Assembly: GCF_006345805.1 (NCBI RefSeq)
Contig: NC_043011.1
Location: 33,492,464-33,556,463 of the forward strand
Length of the DNA stretch: 64,000 bases
Reading direction: 5' to 3'
From: Octopus sinensis
Lineage: Eukaryota
The notes below the pieces were generated by a model. The model was given only the letters and a program-made list of their open reading frames with translations, made no database searches and had not been told where the DNA came from. Each line of letters begins with the position of its first letter. The first letter of the stretch is position 1. Position numbers and translations under genes: made by a program. Below, one piece after another: positions 12,682 to 24,626 of the stretch.

Positions 12682-12780
12682 TTCCTTGTCTTTCCTGATG
12701 AGAAGACGGCATAATGCACCCTTTATTCCTTCGGAATTAAGAGTATGCAGTCTTCGAAACATGTGTTGAGAGTAAAGGAA
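12682..12780 (+). ncRNA. Type I hammerhead ribozyme motif, copy 2
   Basis: Identical to copy 1; CTGATGA 12695-12701, GAAA 12756-12759, predicted cleavage after 12767. Confidence 0.8.
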
Positions 12781-12819
12781 TTTTGTTAAAATCTTCGTTC
12801 GACTCCATTCTTTCATTTA

Positions 12820-12865
<46 letters not shown>

Positions 12866-14164
12866 TATATACGTGTATATATACGCGTGTATACAGACGT
12901 GACGTATATATCTATATCTATATATGCATATATAAATGCATACACACATTCACACACACACACTCACACATATACATTCATACATGTATAGTCAAATACA
13001 TGTGAATCTGTGTATGTATGTATATATAATATATTGAACATGCTTTCGTACAAATTCCATCCTTAAAAAAATCGGTCAACATGAGAATATGGTAGAAGAT
13101 TCTTGCATATGTTACCTCGTTATGGGATCGAACCCGAAGGCAAACGTTTACAAAGTGAGCGTCTTAATCACATAGCCATGAACACATGCCATCTATCACA
13201 TCCTTTCTCCTCTTTGCCCAATAAAACAGCTATTAGTGTATCTCTAGTACTTCGTCTCGTAGCAACGCCTGATATCAAATTTCTTATTAGCGAACAGCAA
13301 GTGTCATGGAAAATTAAACCGATAAGCTTCCCACGAAGTTCCCCGAAAGAAAACAAGAAAAAAAAAAGAGAACAGATAAAGAAGCAAAATACATAAACAA
13401 ATAAATAGATAAAGATATTCGCTGCTTAGACTTCCTGAAATACTCAGCATTCAGAACACATACACGCACACGCACACACATGCATATCACGTACATATAT
13501 ATACGTACGTACGTATGTATGTAATCATGCATGTATAGTGTGTATTTCACTGTAGAACTCGAAGTAAATAAAGCTATTGATAACGGTATGTAAATACTGG
13601 CCTAAGGACCCTTTATGATAGAAAAAAAAAAAATCGAAGATTGCGTAACCAATGTGTGTTTGGAGCGGGGCACGAGCGTACGCATATATATGTGCATATA
13701 AAATCAGCCAGTTGTCGAAAAAAAAGCACATTCTAAAAAAGAAATTTTGTGTAGTTATAGCTTTTGTGCTGAGTAGTATATCCTTTGTTATGGCTTATAA
13801 CCAGTCAGAAAATTATCATTGGTTTCACACCTGCTATTGTGCGTAGCAATAACAGCCAAAATCTGCGATGAGGAATCGGTTTCTGACTGAAGAACGAAAG
13901 CTTTGAATGACCCGTCTGTCTCTTATGTTCGTCCCTTCGTGTATTTCACGTTATTTATTTATGTAAAGGTTTATATATATATATATATATACATGGCTGA
14001 AGCCCATAAACATTTTATTAATGGAGGTGAAAATGCAATCTTGGTCAGTTTGGTGATAAAAAAACAAAACAAAACAAAAAAAAAAAACGAAACGAAGAAA
14101 CCCCATTCTGAGAGGGAAAGAGTTACTTTCCTTTGAACGGTTTCTCTAGTCCACAAACGGAGAA

Positions 14165-14560
14165 AATCACGTTTCCGAAGAGAATTTTGTGTCACAAGGG
14201 CATTAGCTAAAAATTCCAGTTCTTGAATTCAATAAGGCATCCGGATCTTGCAAAATTTTAGGATCATTGTCATCTCATCCAAACAAAAGCTTGCACCGTT
14301 TGCTTCCGTTGAGGTACGTACGACTAGGGTTGTTCCAGTAGCTTCCAGTTAATTCTATATGGCATTCCCGCTTGTTTTAATCGCTATATATAACTGGGAT
14401 CATAAAAATGGATCTGTGATAATTTATCCTGGCCTTAAGGGGATCCTCCGTTATTCCAACATATTTCTGTATATGTGTTATTTCATAGACGTCAATGTTG
14501 CATCGACCTTCCACTAGGCACTCGCTGTTAACTGTACATGAACATCTTACCTTTGTATAG
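14165..14560 (-). mobile_element. Penelope-like element, C-terminal GIY-YIG endonuclease fragment (frameshifted)
   Basis: CSCTVNSECLVEGRCNIDVY...KYVGITEDPLKARINYHRSIF, then INWKLLE, SKRCKL and LLNSRT motifs typical of PLE endonucleases. Confidence 0.8.
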
Positions 14561-14758
14561 GGTTCTGTGGCAATCACTGACATCTCTTTTACACTCGTCG
14601 CACAGATGTTCGAGGCCCTTAATAATAATGATTTAAAATTTTGGCACAAGGCCAGCAATTTCGGGGGCGGCGGGGTAAGTCGATTACATCTGCCTCAGTG
14701 ATCAACTGGTTCTTACTTTATTGATCCCCGATAGAATGAAAGGCAAAGTAGGCCTCGG

Positions 14759-14791
<33 letters not shown>

Positions 14792-14922
14792 CCTTTCTAC
14801 TATAGGCATAAGGCCTGAAATTTGGAGAAGAGAACTAGTCGATTAGATCGATCCCGGTTTGTAACTGGTACTTAATTTATCAACCCCGAAAGGGTGAAGG
14901 GCACAGTCGAACACGCGGAATT

Positions 14923-14956
<34 letters not shown>

Positions 14957-14958
<2 letters not shown>

Positions 14959-17260
14959 TTTTTTTTATTGGCCTCATAGGTCTACATAGAACACATAGGG
15001 ATGCAAATACAAATCACAAACGGATCACAAACGTGTAAATATATAAAACAATAACATTGAAAAATTACAATTGCCCAATAGGAGGGGACTTTCAAGGGAA
15101 AACCGCGCAAACCCCACAGAAAATCACGGTTTTCCTGATCACTTAGGCAAGTGTTTCCTCTCTCTCTTACTCCACTTAGAAGCGCATGCTCAGAGCTGGC
15201 CCGTTCACCGAACCATGCTCACCATTCTTATCCACCATTCTTATCTTTCAATAAATTTGCTATTGATAGAAGGGAGCACCTCCCTCTCCACTCTGATCTG
15301 CCTCTTCAAGTGCAACCTGAAAAAGTTGATCAGAGATTCGGTTGAAAACAGCCCGTCTTTAGCCCTTTCAGTCTAGTCCACTACACAACCTCTTTCGCCA
15401 TGCCCAGCAGGTAGATGAAAACGCTTCCTTCCCGACCAAAGGAAGCAGGCAGGGCAATCTTAACAATAGTCTCGGCTGATAGCTGGATCCGTGCGACACA
15501 CGACCGCAAGTGCTCGACATAAACCTACACGTCAGAAATTGTCGGGCACTAGACGAGTGCGTGCAAAAAGGTTTCATCGCTCCACGCACATCTCGGGTAG
15601 TTCCGACTAATAGTACTTCTGTGCCTGAAGAGTTTATCGCGAACCGGCAATGTTCCTCGATAGCACTGCCAGGCCAGGGATTTCTGGAAATTGTCATTAG
15701 GCCCCGACCCGAAAGCCTTCCGGAAAAGACCGGCTAGTTATTCCTCATCGAAGCCCCAAGGACGTCGTCGAACCTATCCCCCACTAACCTCCAATAGAAC
15801 GACAAGGTAGAATTTCCACTGACCGCATTGCCCGGCTGGTAGAGGACTAAGAGGGCTTGTCGGCACTCAAGGTGCCACTCGCCCTCCTTCGATCCCTGCT
15901 TGACCCAGGGTTTCAGTTCCGTTCAAGAAGCGAGTTGAGGAAAAGCGCGCCTGACGAAGGGCAACCACACCTGATTACCGTCAAGGAAACGCTGGAGATG
16001 TCATAGCCTCAGCGTATACCTGTGCCTTCGCAATCACGGCATGCCCAGCCCCCTGCTCAGCAGATGGACCACCGGACAAGAGGAACGCGCCTCTTCTACA
16101 GAAAGCGAAAGAGTACATGAGGCGTGACAAGGAACAAGGCACAACGATCACACAGTGATAGATGATGAATGCGATGTACGTATTCGCCATTTCAAGAACA
16201 GTTTCCTCTCAGCTCATTTCTGGGTAAGCCTGGCTGTCTTGATCATCACCTCGTCCCAGTTATTGTCCACCTAGAGGTCTGAACCGAACCAGACCCCGAA
16301 TAGCTTAACCGGTCCGTCTGTCCTGCGTCCTACGATGCTGCTGGACGGCATAGACCTGCTTCTCCAGGTGCCCAGTTGCAGGCTAAGTGATTTGTCCAGG
16401 CTAATCTCCGCTCCTGTCTCTGCTTCATATTCCTTTAGAGCGCGGCCGATCGCCTTGATGAGCAAGGCGTCCGACACGGCAACAGTGACGTCGTCTGATT
16501 ACGCCGACCCGCTTCTTTCGCATCCTAGCTCTCGCAGGAAACCGCTCAACGCCTCAATTTTCCGTAGGAGTGGCTCTAAGCTCAACACATACAGAAGAGG
16601 CGAGAGCAGGCAACCGAGCGCAGAATACTAAACGATTCCGATAGGTGACAATTGGCCTTGGCCACAGAGGAGATGCCGCCGTAAATTGTCGGGATCCAAC
16701 CCATGAAAACCGGCCCAAAGCCGGACGTTCTGAGGACTGCAGCCAGATATCGATGGTGGACCCCGTCAAAAGCTTTCGATTAATCTAAATTGATCAGGGC
16801 CCCACCCGTGCCAGGTTTCCTAGCCACACCCTCTATGATGTATCGCATGAGGTGGAGGTTGTCGTGGATGTGCCTCGCCAATCAATCCACCGACGACAAG
16901 CACCAACCTCTTCACTAACACCTTGGCCAAAATCTTTAACTCTGTCTTAAGCAGAGTTATGGGACGGAAGTTATCTGCGCTATCTCTCTTGTCTGGGTTC
17001 TTTCCCAGCAGAGTAACCACATCTCGGCTAACAGCGGCGGGAATTCTTCCGTTCTGTTGCCAGTTCAGGTAGACGTCTGCCAAGAAGTCGCCGAGCAGCC
17101 CTGGCATACTTGCGTACAGCTCGTAGAGCAGAACATCTAAACCTGGCGATCTGCTCCTCTTGCAGCCAGCCATGGCTCCCCTTATTTTAGCAACTGTGAT
17201 CGGCCGTTCATAACGATCCGACTCCTCTGTCGAGAGTCGCCGCAGCCCGCCGAAGTATAA
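14957..17260 (-). mobile_element. 5'-truncated L1/Tx1-clade LINE (RT, zinc knuckle, 3' UTR), decayed
   Basis: ORF 16820-17173 SPGLDVLLYELY...FRPITLLKTELKILAKVL; VKLFGVWFGSDL; LPVRDKLFRH...PRC...ETFLHALV*CP; ends in an A-rich/(ATT)n tail. Confidence 0.92.
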
Positions 17261-17359
17261 TTGACATAGTTTGCCAATTGGATATTATGTCGGTATTATA
17301 TTACAATTGGTACAAACACCGCTCTGAGGCTGTAACTAGATATTATGCCGGCATTATAA

Positions 17360-17939
17360 AATCAAAACTGCTGACAAATGGTGCAAGTACCGCTCTAAGG
17401 CTGTAACTGAGGGAGAAAGTATCATGATTGTTTGGGACTTTCCTGTACATACAGACCGGACCATCAAAGCTGATAAACCAGATATTGTTATGAAAGACCA
17501 AAGCAATAACATCTGTTTACTGATTGACATGAGCATACCTTGTTTTCATAATATCTAGGCAAAAGAATTTGATAAGCTCAAACAAATATAAAGATTTGCT
17601 GATTGAAATCGAAAAAAAATGTGGCAACTCAAAACGGTTACAATTCCAGTGATTGTAGGAGCACCAGGAATGGTCAAAAAAAGGAATTGAAAATTACTGG
17701 AGGATGACCTTGGCTTACCATCCTTGCCGGAAGTGCAAAAGATTGTCTTAACTGGTACGTCAAACGTATTAAGAAGAGCATTGTCACTATGAATTTTCTT
17801 TCCTTTTTCTCCTGTATTTTCTTTGTTTTCTTTTTTCTCTGTCTTTCTTCCCCTTCATTTTCTTTCACATGACTACCAATGAGTTTCTTTGCCCTAGGTG
17901 TTGAGAAGACACTCGGAAAAATGGAAACAAAAATGAAAG

Positions 17940-17940
<1 letters not shown>
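17360..17940 (+). mobile_element. R4/Dong-type LINE 3' fragment (restriction-like endonuclease) with (AAT)n tail
   Basis: IVWDFPVHTDRTIKADKPDIVMKDQSNNICLLIDMSIP...YKDLLIEIE...IPVIVGAPG. Confidence 0.85.
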
Positions 17941-17971
<31 letters not shown>

Positions 17972-17999
17972 TATAATAATAATAAATAAACAAATAAAT

Positions 18000-18066
18000 G
18001 CCTTGATTCAGTACCAGGCAGTGACTCCCGTGGTTTCTGATATTAACTGATTGGAAGTTTTATCAT
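18000..18066 (+). mobile_element. 5' part of the ~555-bp AAT-associated element (remainder at 19282-19775)
   Basis: Matches 53231-53297; breaks at tatcat, exactly where the 19282 copy resumes. Confidence 0.8.
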
Positions 18067-18589
18067 TGGACACTTTGCAACAAGTATGGACTTCACAGGA
18101 CAAAAACTTGGTACGACCATAAACCTGAAGGCATCGTCGAAAATAGAAATGCAAAGATCCTATGAGATTTTATGATTCAGTGCGATTATGAGATAGGGAA
18201 TAGGAAGCTGGACATAGTCTTAAATGAGAAAGAAAACAAACTATGCTGGATATAGCATGCCCAGCTGACAAGGTATGCGATAAGGAAGAAAGAAAAGTCG
18301 AGAGATATGACAAGTTAGCTTGGGAAGTTAAGCAGTTGTGGTCGATGAAAAAGGTAGCAATAGTACCAATAATTGTCGGAGTCCTGGCAACAGTGAGCAA
18401 AAATCTCGAGAAGTACGTGGAACAAATAGGGGCTGCAATAAGAGTGGAGCACTTGCAGAAAACAGCACTGCTTGGAACCGCTCGAATACTCTGGAAGGTG
18501 CTCGAAAAATAAGAGGTGTTACCTTAGTTCACTGGTAGTGAACAGCTGACACCATAGTACATCTCCAGCATTAGAAGCTGTGCAAAGGC

Positions 18590-18590
<1 letters not shown>
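18067..18590 (+). mobile_element. R4/Dong-type LINE 3' fragment
   Basis: ORF 18243-18512 LDIACPADKVCDKEERKVERYDKLAWEVKQLW...IVPIIVGVLA...LQKTALLGTARIL; (AAT)n tail. Confidence 0.9.
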
Positions 18591-18631
<41 letters not shown>

Positions 18632-18818
18632 GATGATAATGATGATGATGATAATAATAATAATAATAATCCTTTCTACTATAGGCACCAGGCCTGAAAT
18701 TTTGGGGGAGGGGACTAGATGATTATATCGACCCCAGTGTTTCACTGGGACTTATTTCATGGACCACGAAAGGATAAAAGGTAAATCGACCTCGGTGGAA
18801 TTTGAAAATAATAATAAT

Positions 18819-18929
18819 AATAGAAAATTACTATTTGTAAATCTCTTAACGAGAGATAATAATCTTTACTTTAGAGTACTGTTGCTGAATATCTTTCGTT
18901 GAGAGATTTACAAATAGTAATTTTTTATT
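18819..18929 (+). repeat. Long inverted repeat / hairpin (about 40-bp arms, 31-nt loop)
   Basis: Core arms 18824-18858 and 18890-18924; all non-Watson-Crick positions are G:U pairs on the + strand. Confidence 0.9.
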
Positions 18930-19014
18930 TTATAGATCAGTGACTAGTTGTCACTTTGAAAACTATATATTTCGGACAGGAATTTGGCAGCACCACCTTT
19001 AGCGGAAAAATTAT

Positions 19015-19059
19015 TCTGTGCTGATGAAGGGAAATAACCTGGAAATTGTGATACACAGA
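19015..19059 (+). ncRNA. Minimal type I hammerhead ribozyme motif on a long rod (about 18970-19103)
   Basis: tctgtg CTGATGA agg-gaaataa-cct g GAAA t-tgtg-a TA cacaga; distal pairings agcacc/ggtgct and ttcggacaggaa/ttcttgtttgaa. Confidence 0.7.
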
Positions 19060-19226
19060 TATTGTTTTGAGCTGAGTGGGGGTGCTAAATGTTCTTGTTT
19101 GAAAAGATAAGGACACAGATCGTGTCGTATAGCCAGCTGGAGACGATGTCTCCTGGCGCTAAATTACAGTAACACTCGTCCTAAATCAGGACTGCCATGT
19201 TATGTGGGCAAATAATCTTTACTCTA

Positions 19227-19281
<55 letters not shown>

Positions 19282-19775
19282 TATCATGTACATTGTTTTG
19301 TCTTGGTATAAAAGATGGGCTACAGCAAATATTCTGCTCAATACCACAGATTTGCTTGTCAGTTGTTTGACCATTAACCAGTTGAGCATGTCCCTTAGTG
19401 GCTGACGATATGTGCATCTCTGATCACGAGCAGAAGTAGTGGGGGAGCATCATAGCCATGTGTTGAGAAGGATTCTTTGGGGTTTGAATAATTCACCTCT
19501 GGAAACATGGGTGTTTCGTTCAACGTCCTTAAACAACCCTTATTCAGGGACTTTTTGAGCGGGATGGGTTACTCGATCTGAAGAAAATTCTAACTGGGCT
19601 CCACCTGCAAGGTCATGTGCTGTTTATCTTGATATGAGATCACCATGTCGCGCACATATGGTTGTGATGCATGTGCCTAGTGTACCCTTATCAGACGGGT
19701 AGTCATGATGGGTATACTGGGCTTCGTATATTTTACCCCAGTGTCACTTTGATGGCATGCACTGCTCTCTCACTC
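19282..19775 (+). mobile_element. ~555-bp non-coding element associated with (AAT)n (3' part)
   Basis: Near-identical to 30334-30888, 53231-53785 and the reverse complement of 31518-32035. Confidence 0.9.
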
Positions 19776-19811
<36 letters not shown>

Positions 19812-20489
19812 CTGCAATGCAGCTGCTGCCGCTGCTAATGATGATGATGATGACGATGATGATTGCTAGTCTCCTGGAACTGATCAAAAAGGAAGAGTAA
19901 TAAAGTAACCGCACCACAACATACCCTCATTAACGGTTGTTTTTGTTTTTATCTTTTACTCTGGAGGGAAAGCAACGCCACTGAAACAGGTGAGTAGGAA
20001 CGAGGAAAATATACACAAAGCAGGAACCTTCCCCGAATACCTACAACAGAATGGACTCCGAAAATATGAAAGGAACGGTTGACCTCGGCAAAAATTTGAA
20101 CTCAGAGTGTAGAGCGTCAGTACAAAAACCACGAAGCATTCTGTATAATGCTCTAACTCTAATGGCTTCGCAAAATTGCCCGTTGTTTGTTTATTGTTGT
20201 TTTTAGATAAGAAAGGGTAACAGTGCTCAAAGACCTTTTCAGGCCCTGATACAGGTGGAAGGAAGAGAGATAATCGTCAGACCAGAGGCTGATCCGAAGA
20301 CTTAACTCTGAGGCTTAACCTTAGGCCTGTGATGAACTTTAAACTCGCTATGCCGAATCTTGTTGTTGTTTCACGATATTTTAAATTCCGACCCCTTGGA
20401 GGGATGCCAGTCCGTCGCAGGTTAAGGTTTCAATCACTCTGTAATCTTCAATCCATACTTATTATTTGAAATCTTATACTTTAAATAAA

Positions 20490-20751
20490 GCATGACTGCG
20501 TGGTAAAAAGTTTGCCTTCCAACCGCATGGTAACTTGGGCAAATGTCATCCACTATATCTCCGGCCTGACCAAGCCTTGTGAGTAGACTTGCTTTGTGAG
20601 TGGACTTGGAAGACGGAAACTGAAAGAAGCCCGTCTTATACATACCTACATACATGCATGCATGCATGCATGCATACATACATACATACACACATACATA
20701 CATACATACATATGTACGTACGTACGTACGTACATACATACATACATACAT

Positions 20752-20790
<39 letters not shown>

Positions 20791-21080
20791 CACATACAGA
20801 CACATACATACATAATACATACATACATATATATACATACATACATACATACATACATACATACATACATACATACATACAGACACACATACATACATAC
20901 ATATGTGTACATGTCTTTGTGTTTGCTCGGCACCACAGCTTGACAACTGGTGTTGGTTTGTCTACGTCCCTGTAACTTAGCAGTTCGGCCAAAGTAACTG
21001 ATAGACCTAAAAATAGGTACTGGAATCGATTCGTTCGACTAAAACCTTTTATGTTGGTGCCCCAGCATGGCTGCAGTAAA
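20490..21080 (+). mobile_element. SINE family B with an expanded internal (TACA)n/(GACA)n array
   Basis: Family B 5' half (gacggaaactgaaagaagcccgtc) and 3' half (gcttgacaactggtgttggtttg) flank about 260 bp of tetranucleotide repeat. Confidence 0.85.
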
Positions 21081-21364
21081 GAAAGGGTTAACAAAAACAG
21101 GTACTCATTGAATTGGACTCTTTTGTCGAACCGCTATGCTAATCCTGCGACAAACTGATATCCCGCTGAAATTCATCTTTTTACTGTCGATTCAGCTGTC
21201 GACAGTAACAACATGAAATGAAGAGAAAACACAGCACCGTCCTGTTTAGGATCGAAACTACGACCTTATTTGTGATCGCTGTTATCAACTCTCAAATTAG
21301 TAGGCCGCACACCTTCACTATATTAATTGGCAGTGTTCAACAAAGCGATAGCTTTTATCTTTAA

Positions 21365-21554
21365 TTTTTTACTTGTTTCAGTTACTAGACCGCGGCCATG
21401 CTGGGGCACCGCCTTGTAGAATTTTAGTCGAACGAAGCGACCGCAGTGCATAATTTTTTTTAAAGGTTGATACTTACTCTGTCGTTCTCTTTTGCGGAAC
21501 CGCTAAGTTACGGGAACGTAAACACACCAACACAGGCTGTCAAGCGGTGGTGCA

Positions 21555-21599
<45 letters not shown>

Positions 21600-21668
21600 C
21601 ACACAGACAGAGAGACAAATAGACAAATAGATAGACAGACAGACAGAGAGACAGACAGACAGACAGAC

Positions 21669-21731
<63 letters not shown>

Positions 21732-21885
21732 CATATGCGACAGGCTTCTTTCAGTTTCCGTCTACCAAATCTACTCACAAGGCCTTGGTCGGCTCGATGC
21801 TATAGTAGAAAGCACTTGCCCAAGGTGCCACGCAGTGAGACTGAACCCGGAACCATGTGGTTGAGAAGCAAGCTTTTTCACTACA
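21365..21885 (-). mobile_element. SINE family B with internal (CA)n/(GATA)n
   Basis: Family B halves around a compound microsatellite. Confidence 0.88.
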
Positions 21886-22190
21886 CATCTACAACAGTAC
21901 CCCAGAAGAAAAATGTTCTCTTCGACGGACTTCTACACAATTTCCATTTACAAATTTTTTCTAAACAAGGCTGTGGATCAGCCTGAAGATATCGTTTGAA
22001 GGAAGATACTTGCACGAAGTACTTCGCTATGGAATAGAACCTGAAACCATTAAACGGTGAAGAGAACTTCATAATCACGTGGTCGTTTTATTTATTTCAT
22101 TTATTTCTTCCATATATATAATTTATTTATTTAATTGTTAGTTTGTTTATCTGTTTGTTTATTGTCATCAGATTTGATGTTTTTGTTTAG

Positions 22191-22305
22191 ATTGCAGGAG
22201 AAGAGAAGAAACGAGACGAGAAGTAACAGTGATGACGTCAATGACGTGTCATCAAAGATGGAGATCGATACGAATCGAGCATGCGCACTGACAGCCAAAC
22301 GCTGA
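22191..22305 (+). CDS. Candidate exon (LQEKRRNETRSNSDDVNDVSSKMEIDTNRACALTAKR*); alternatively a promoter-like island
   Basis: Acceptor tttttgtttAG at 22189-22190 and open frame to TGA 22303-22305; also contains TGACGTCA and GCATGCGCA. Confidence 0.35.
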
Positions 22306-22569
22306 AGCAGCGTGGGAGGCGGTAACCATTATTTCTTATTCCATTGATTGTTGCATCGGTGCAACCGCGTACCTGCGCGCATATAAACGAGTGTGTTTGT
22401 GCGTGCGCACGCCTGGATATGTGTATGTGTGTACGCTGTGTGTCTGAGCATGTTATGTGTGTGTGTGTGTGTGTACGTTTGTATTAATAAGCCCATTCCC
22501 TCCCACTGTTACTCACTCATTTACAACCCTCTTATTCAGACTGTAATTCTCTTTTGAAAACCCTTCAAG

Positions 22570-22640
22570 ACATTTCTCTCCCTCTCTCCTTCTCTCTCTC
22601 TCTCTCTCACACACTCTCTCTCACTCACTTTTTTAGATCT

Positions 22641-22672
<32 letters not shown>

Positions 22673-23554
22673 TCTCACTCACTTTTTTAGATATTGTCCT
22701 CCCCCATCTTTTTCTCTCTCCCTTTTTCTTTTATTTCTCTCCTTTTCTCACGTCTCTCTTCTCCACACTCTCCTCTTTCTTTTCCCTCCCACCTCTTTTT
22801 TCGCTAGTATCCAGTTTCCTTAAATCTGTGTGCGTGTGTGTGCATGTGTGTGTGTGTGTCTATGTGTATGTGCCTGTATGTGTATGTGTCTATGTTTGCG
22901 TAAATGTGAGTGAATGTGTATAAAAAGTATAAAGAAAAATCTTACTCGCATATCCTTCTCTCTCTCTCTCTCTCTCTCTCTCTTCCTTTCTTTCTTCGTT
23001 TCTTTCATTCTCTTCGTCTCTCTCTCTCTCTCTTTCTCTCTCTCTCCCTCTCTCAAGTTCCTCATTCAGATTTCACTCTCTCATCTATCACCACACACAC
23101 ACACACAGACACAACACACACAGACACACACACACAACACTCAACACACAACGCACGCACCATGTACACACACACAAAAAAAACTCAACACACACACACA
23201 ACACACACACACACACACCACACACACACACACCACACACACACCCTCTCACACACACACTCACTCACACACACACACACAAACTCTCTCCCTCTCTCAA
23301 ACTCCTCATTCAGATTTCTCTCTCACCTTTCACCACTCACCAACACACACACACACACACACACACTCTCTCTCTCTCTCTCTCTTTCTCTTTCTCTCTA
23401 TCTTTATCCCTTTCTTCCTCTTTCATTCCATCTATTTCGAGTGTTTATATGCGCGTGTGTATACGCGTGCATGCAAACGTTAGCTTGTTTGTACAATGGA
23501 CGATATATAAATATATATATATACACGTGAGCGAGCGCGGGAGTATGTGTGTGT

Positions 23555-23589
<35 letters not shown>

Positions 23590-23613
23590 TGTGTGTGTGT
23601 AAGGGTATTGGTT

Positions 23614-23644
<31 letters not shown>

Positions 23645-23730
23645 TTCTGTATGTGTACGTGTGTGTGTGTGTATGTATGCGTATTGGTTCGTGTATGTGT
23701 GTGTGTGTTTCTGTGTGTATGCATCAATAC
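22570..23730. repeat. Compound (CT)n/(CA)n/(GT)n microsatellite field with short internal duplications
   Basis: Direct inspection. Confidence 0.95.
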
Positions 23731-24592
23731 GTATGAGCCATATATATGATAGTGATATAACTTGATATCGTTATGTGGTTAATTAATGTTTCGTACTCCT
23801 GATGATGGAGGCTGCATTGTTTGTGTGGTGCTACTAGAGCTACTAGCTTGCGAAGATAAAAGAGACAAATAAAGAAAAACAGAGAGAGAGAGAGAGTGAG
23901 ATAGAGAGAGAAGAGAGAGGGGGAGATGTATTATGTGAGAGAGGGAGTGAGAGTGTGAGAAGGAGAGAGAGAGAGAGATATACAGAAGCGGTGGTTGAGA
24001 TTCTTAACGTTAGATCGTTCTTCCACCTCAAAGCGATCCAAGAGGACAGGCCACAGTTAGACGAGTAGACAGACAGAAAGACAGACAAGAAGACAGATAG
24101 AGAGACAGATAAAGACTTGATTGATAAGCCACCACAAACTAGAATTTTGTGAACTGACTTTCTGTATAGGCTTTCATACAACATAGCAAAAGTATAACAA
24201 CAAAAACCAGAAAGGAAGAGACGACCATGAGATAGTGGAGGAACAAGAGAAAAAAAGAGAGAAAAAAGAACAAAAACATTAAAGATATAACACAAAACAA
24301 GACAAGGCTATATATATTCGGACATGTGTGTATATATACATGCATACACATAAATTCAAACCAATAAAACGTATGTGTGTATATATATAGATATATATAT
24401 GTATATATGTAAATAGTAATTTAGACTAAAAAAAAAATCTATATTATTATTATTATTATTATATTATAAAATATATTAAATACGCGGTAAGACTGTGGCA
24501 GAGAGAGACAGAAAGACAGACTTATATATATATACACGTATATAAATATATATATATATAAATAATATATCAAGATAGATTTCCTGTTTCAG

Positions 24593-24626
24593 CACAAGAA
24601 AAATAATAGCCAGCGTTATAAGACTG
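24593..24626 (+). other. Candidate 34-nt micro-exon
   Basis: tttcctgtttcAG|cacaag...agactg|GTGAGT; strong consensus sites on both sides. Confidence 0.4.

Larger units (their letters stand above)
12341..12824 (+). repeat. Identical tandem duplication, 278-bp period, embedded in (TA)n
   Basis: 12341-12546 is identical to 12619-12824. Confidence 0.95.

Noticed and set aside
18000-18590. Idea that the 555-bp element's 5' end is the natural 5' end of the R4 LINE
   Set aside because: The rest of the element resumes at 19282 from the same tatcat, so this is a nested insertion.
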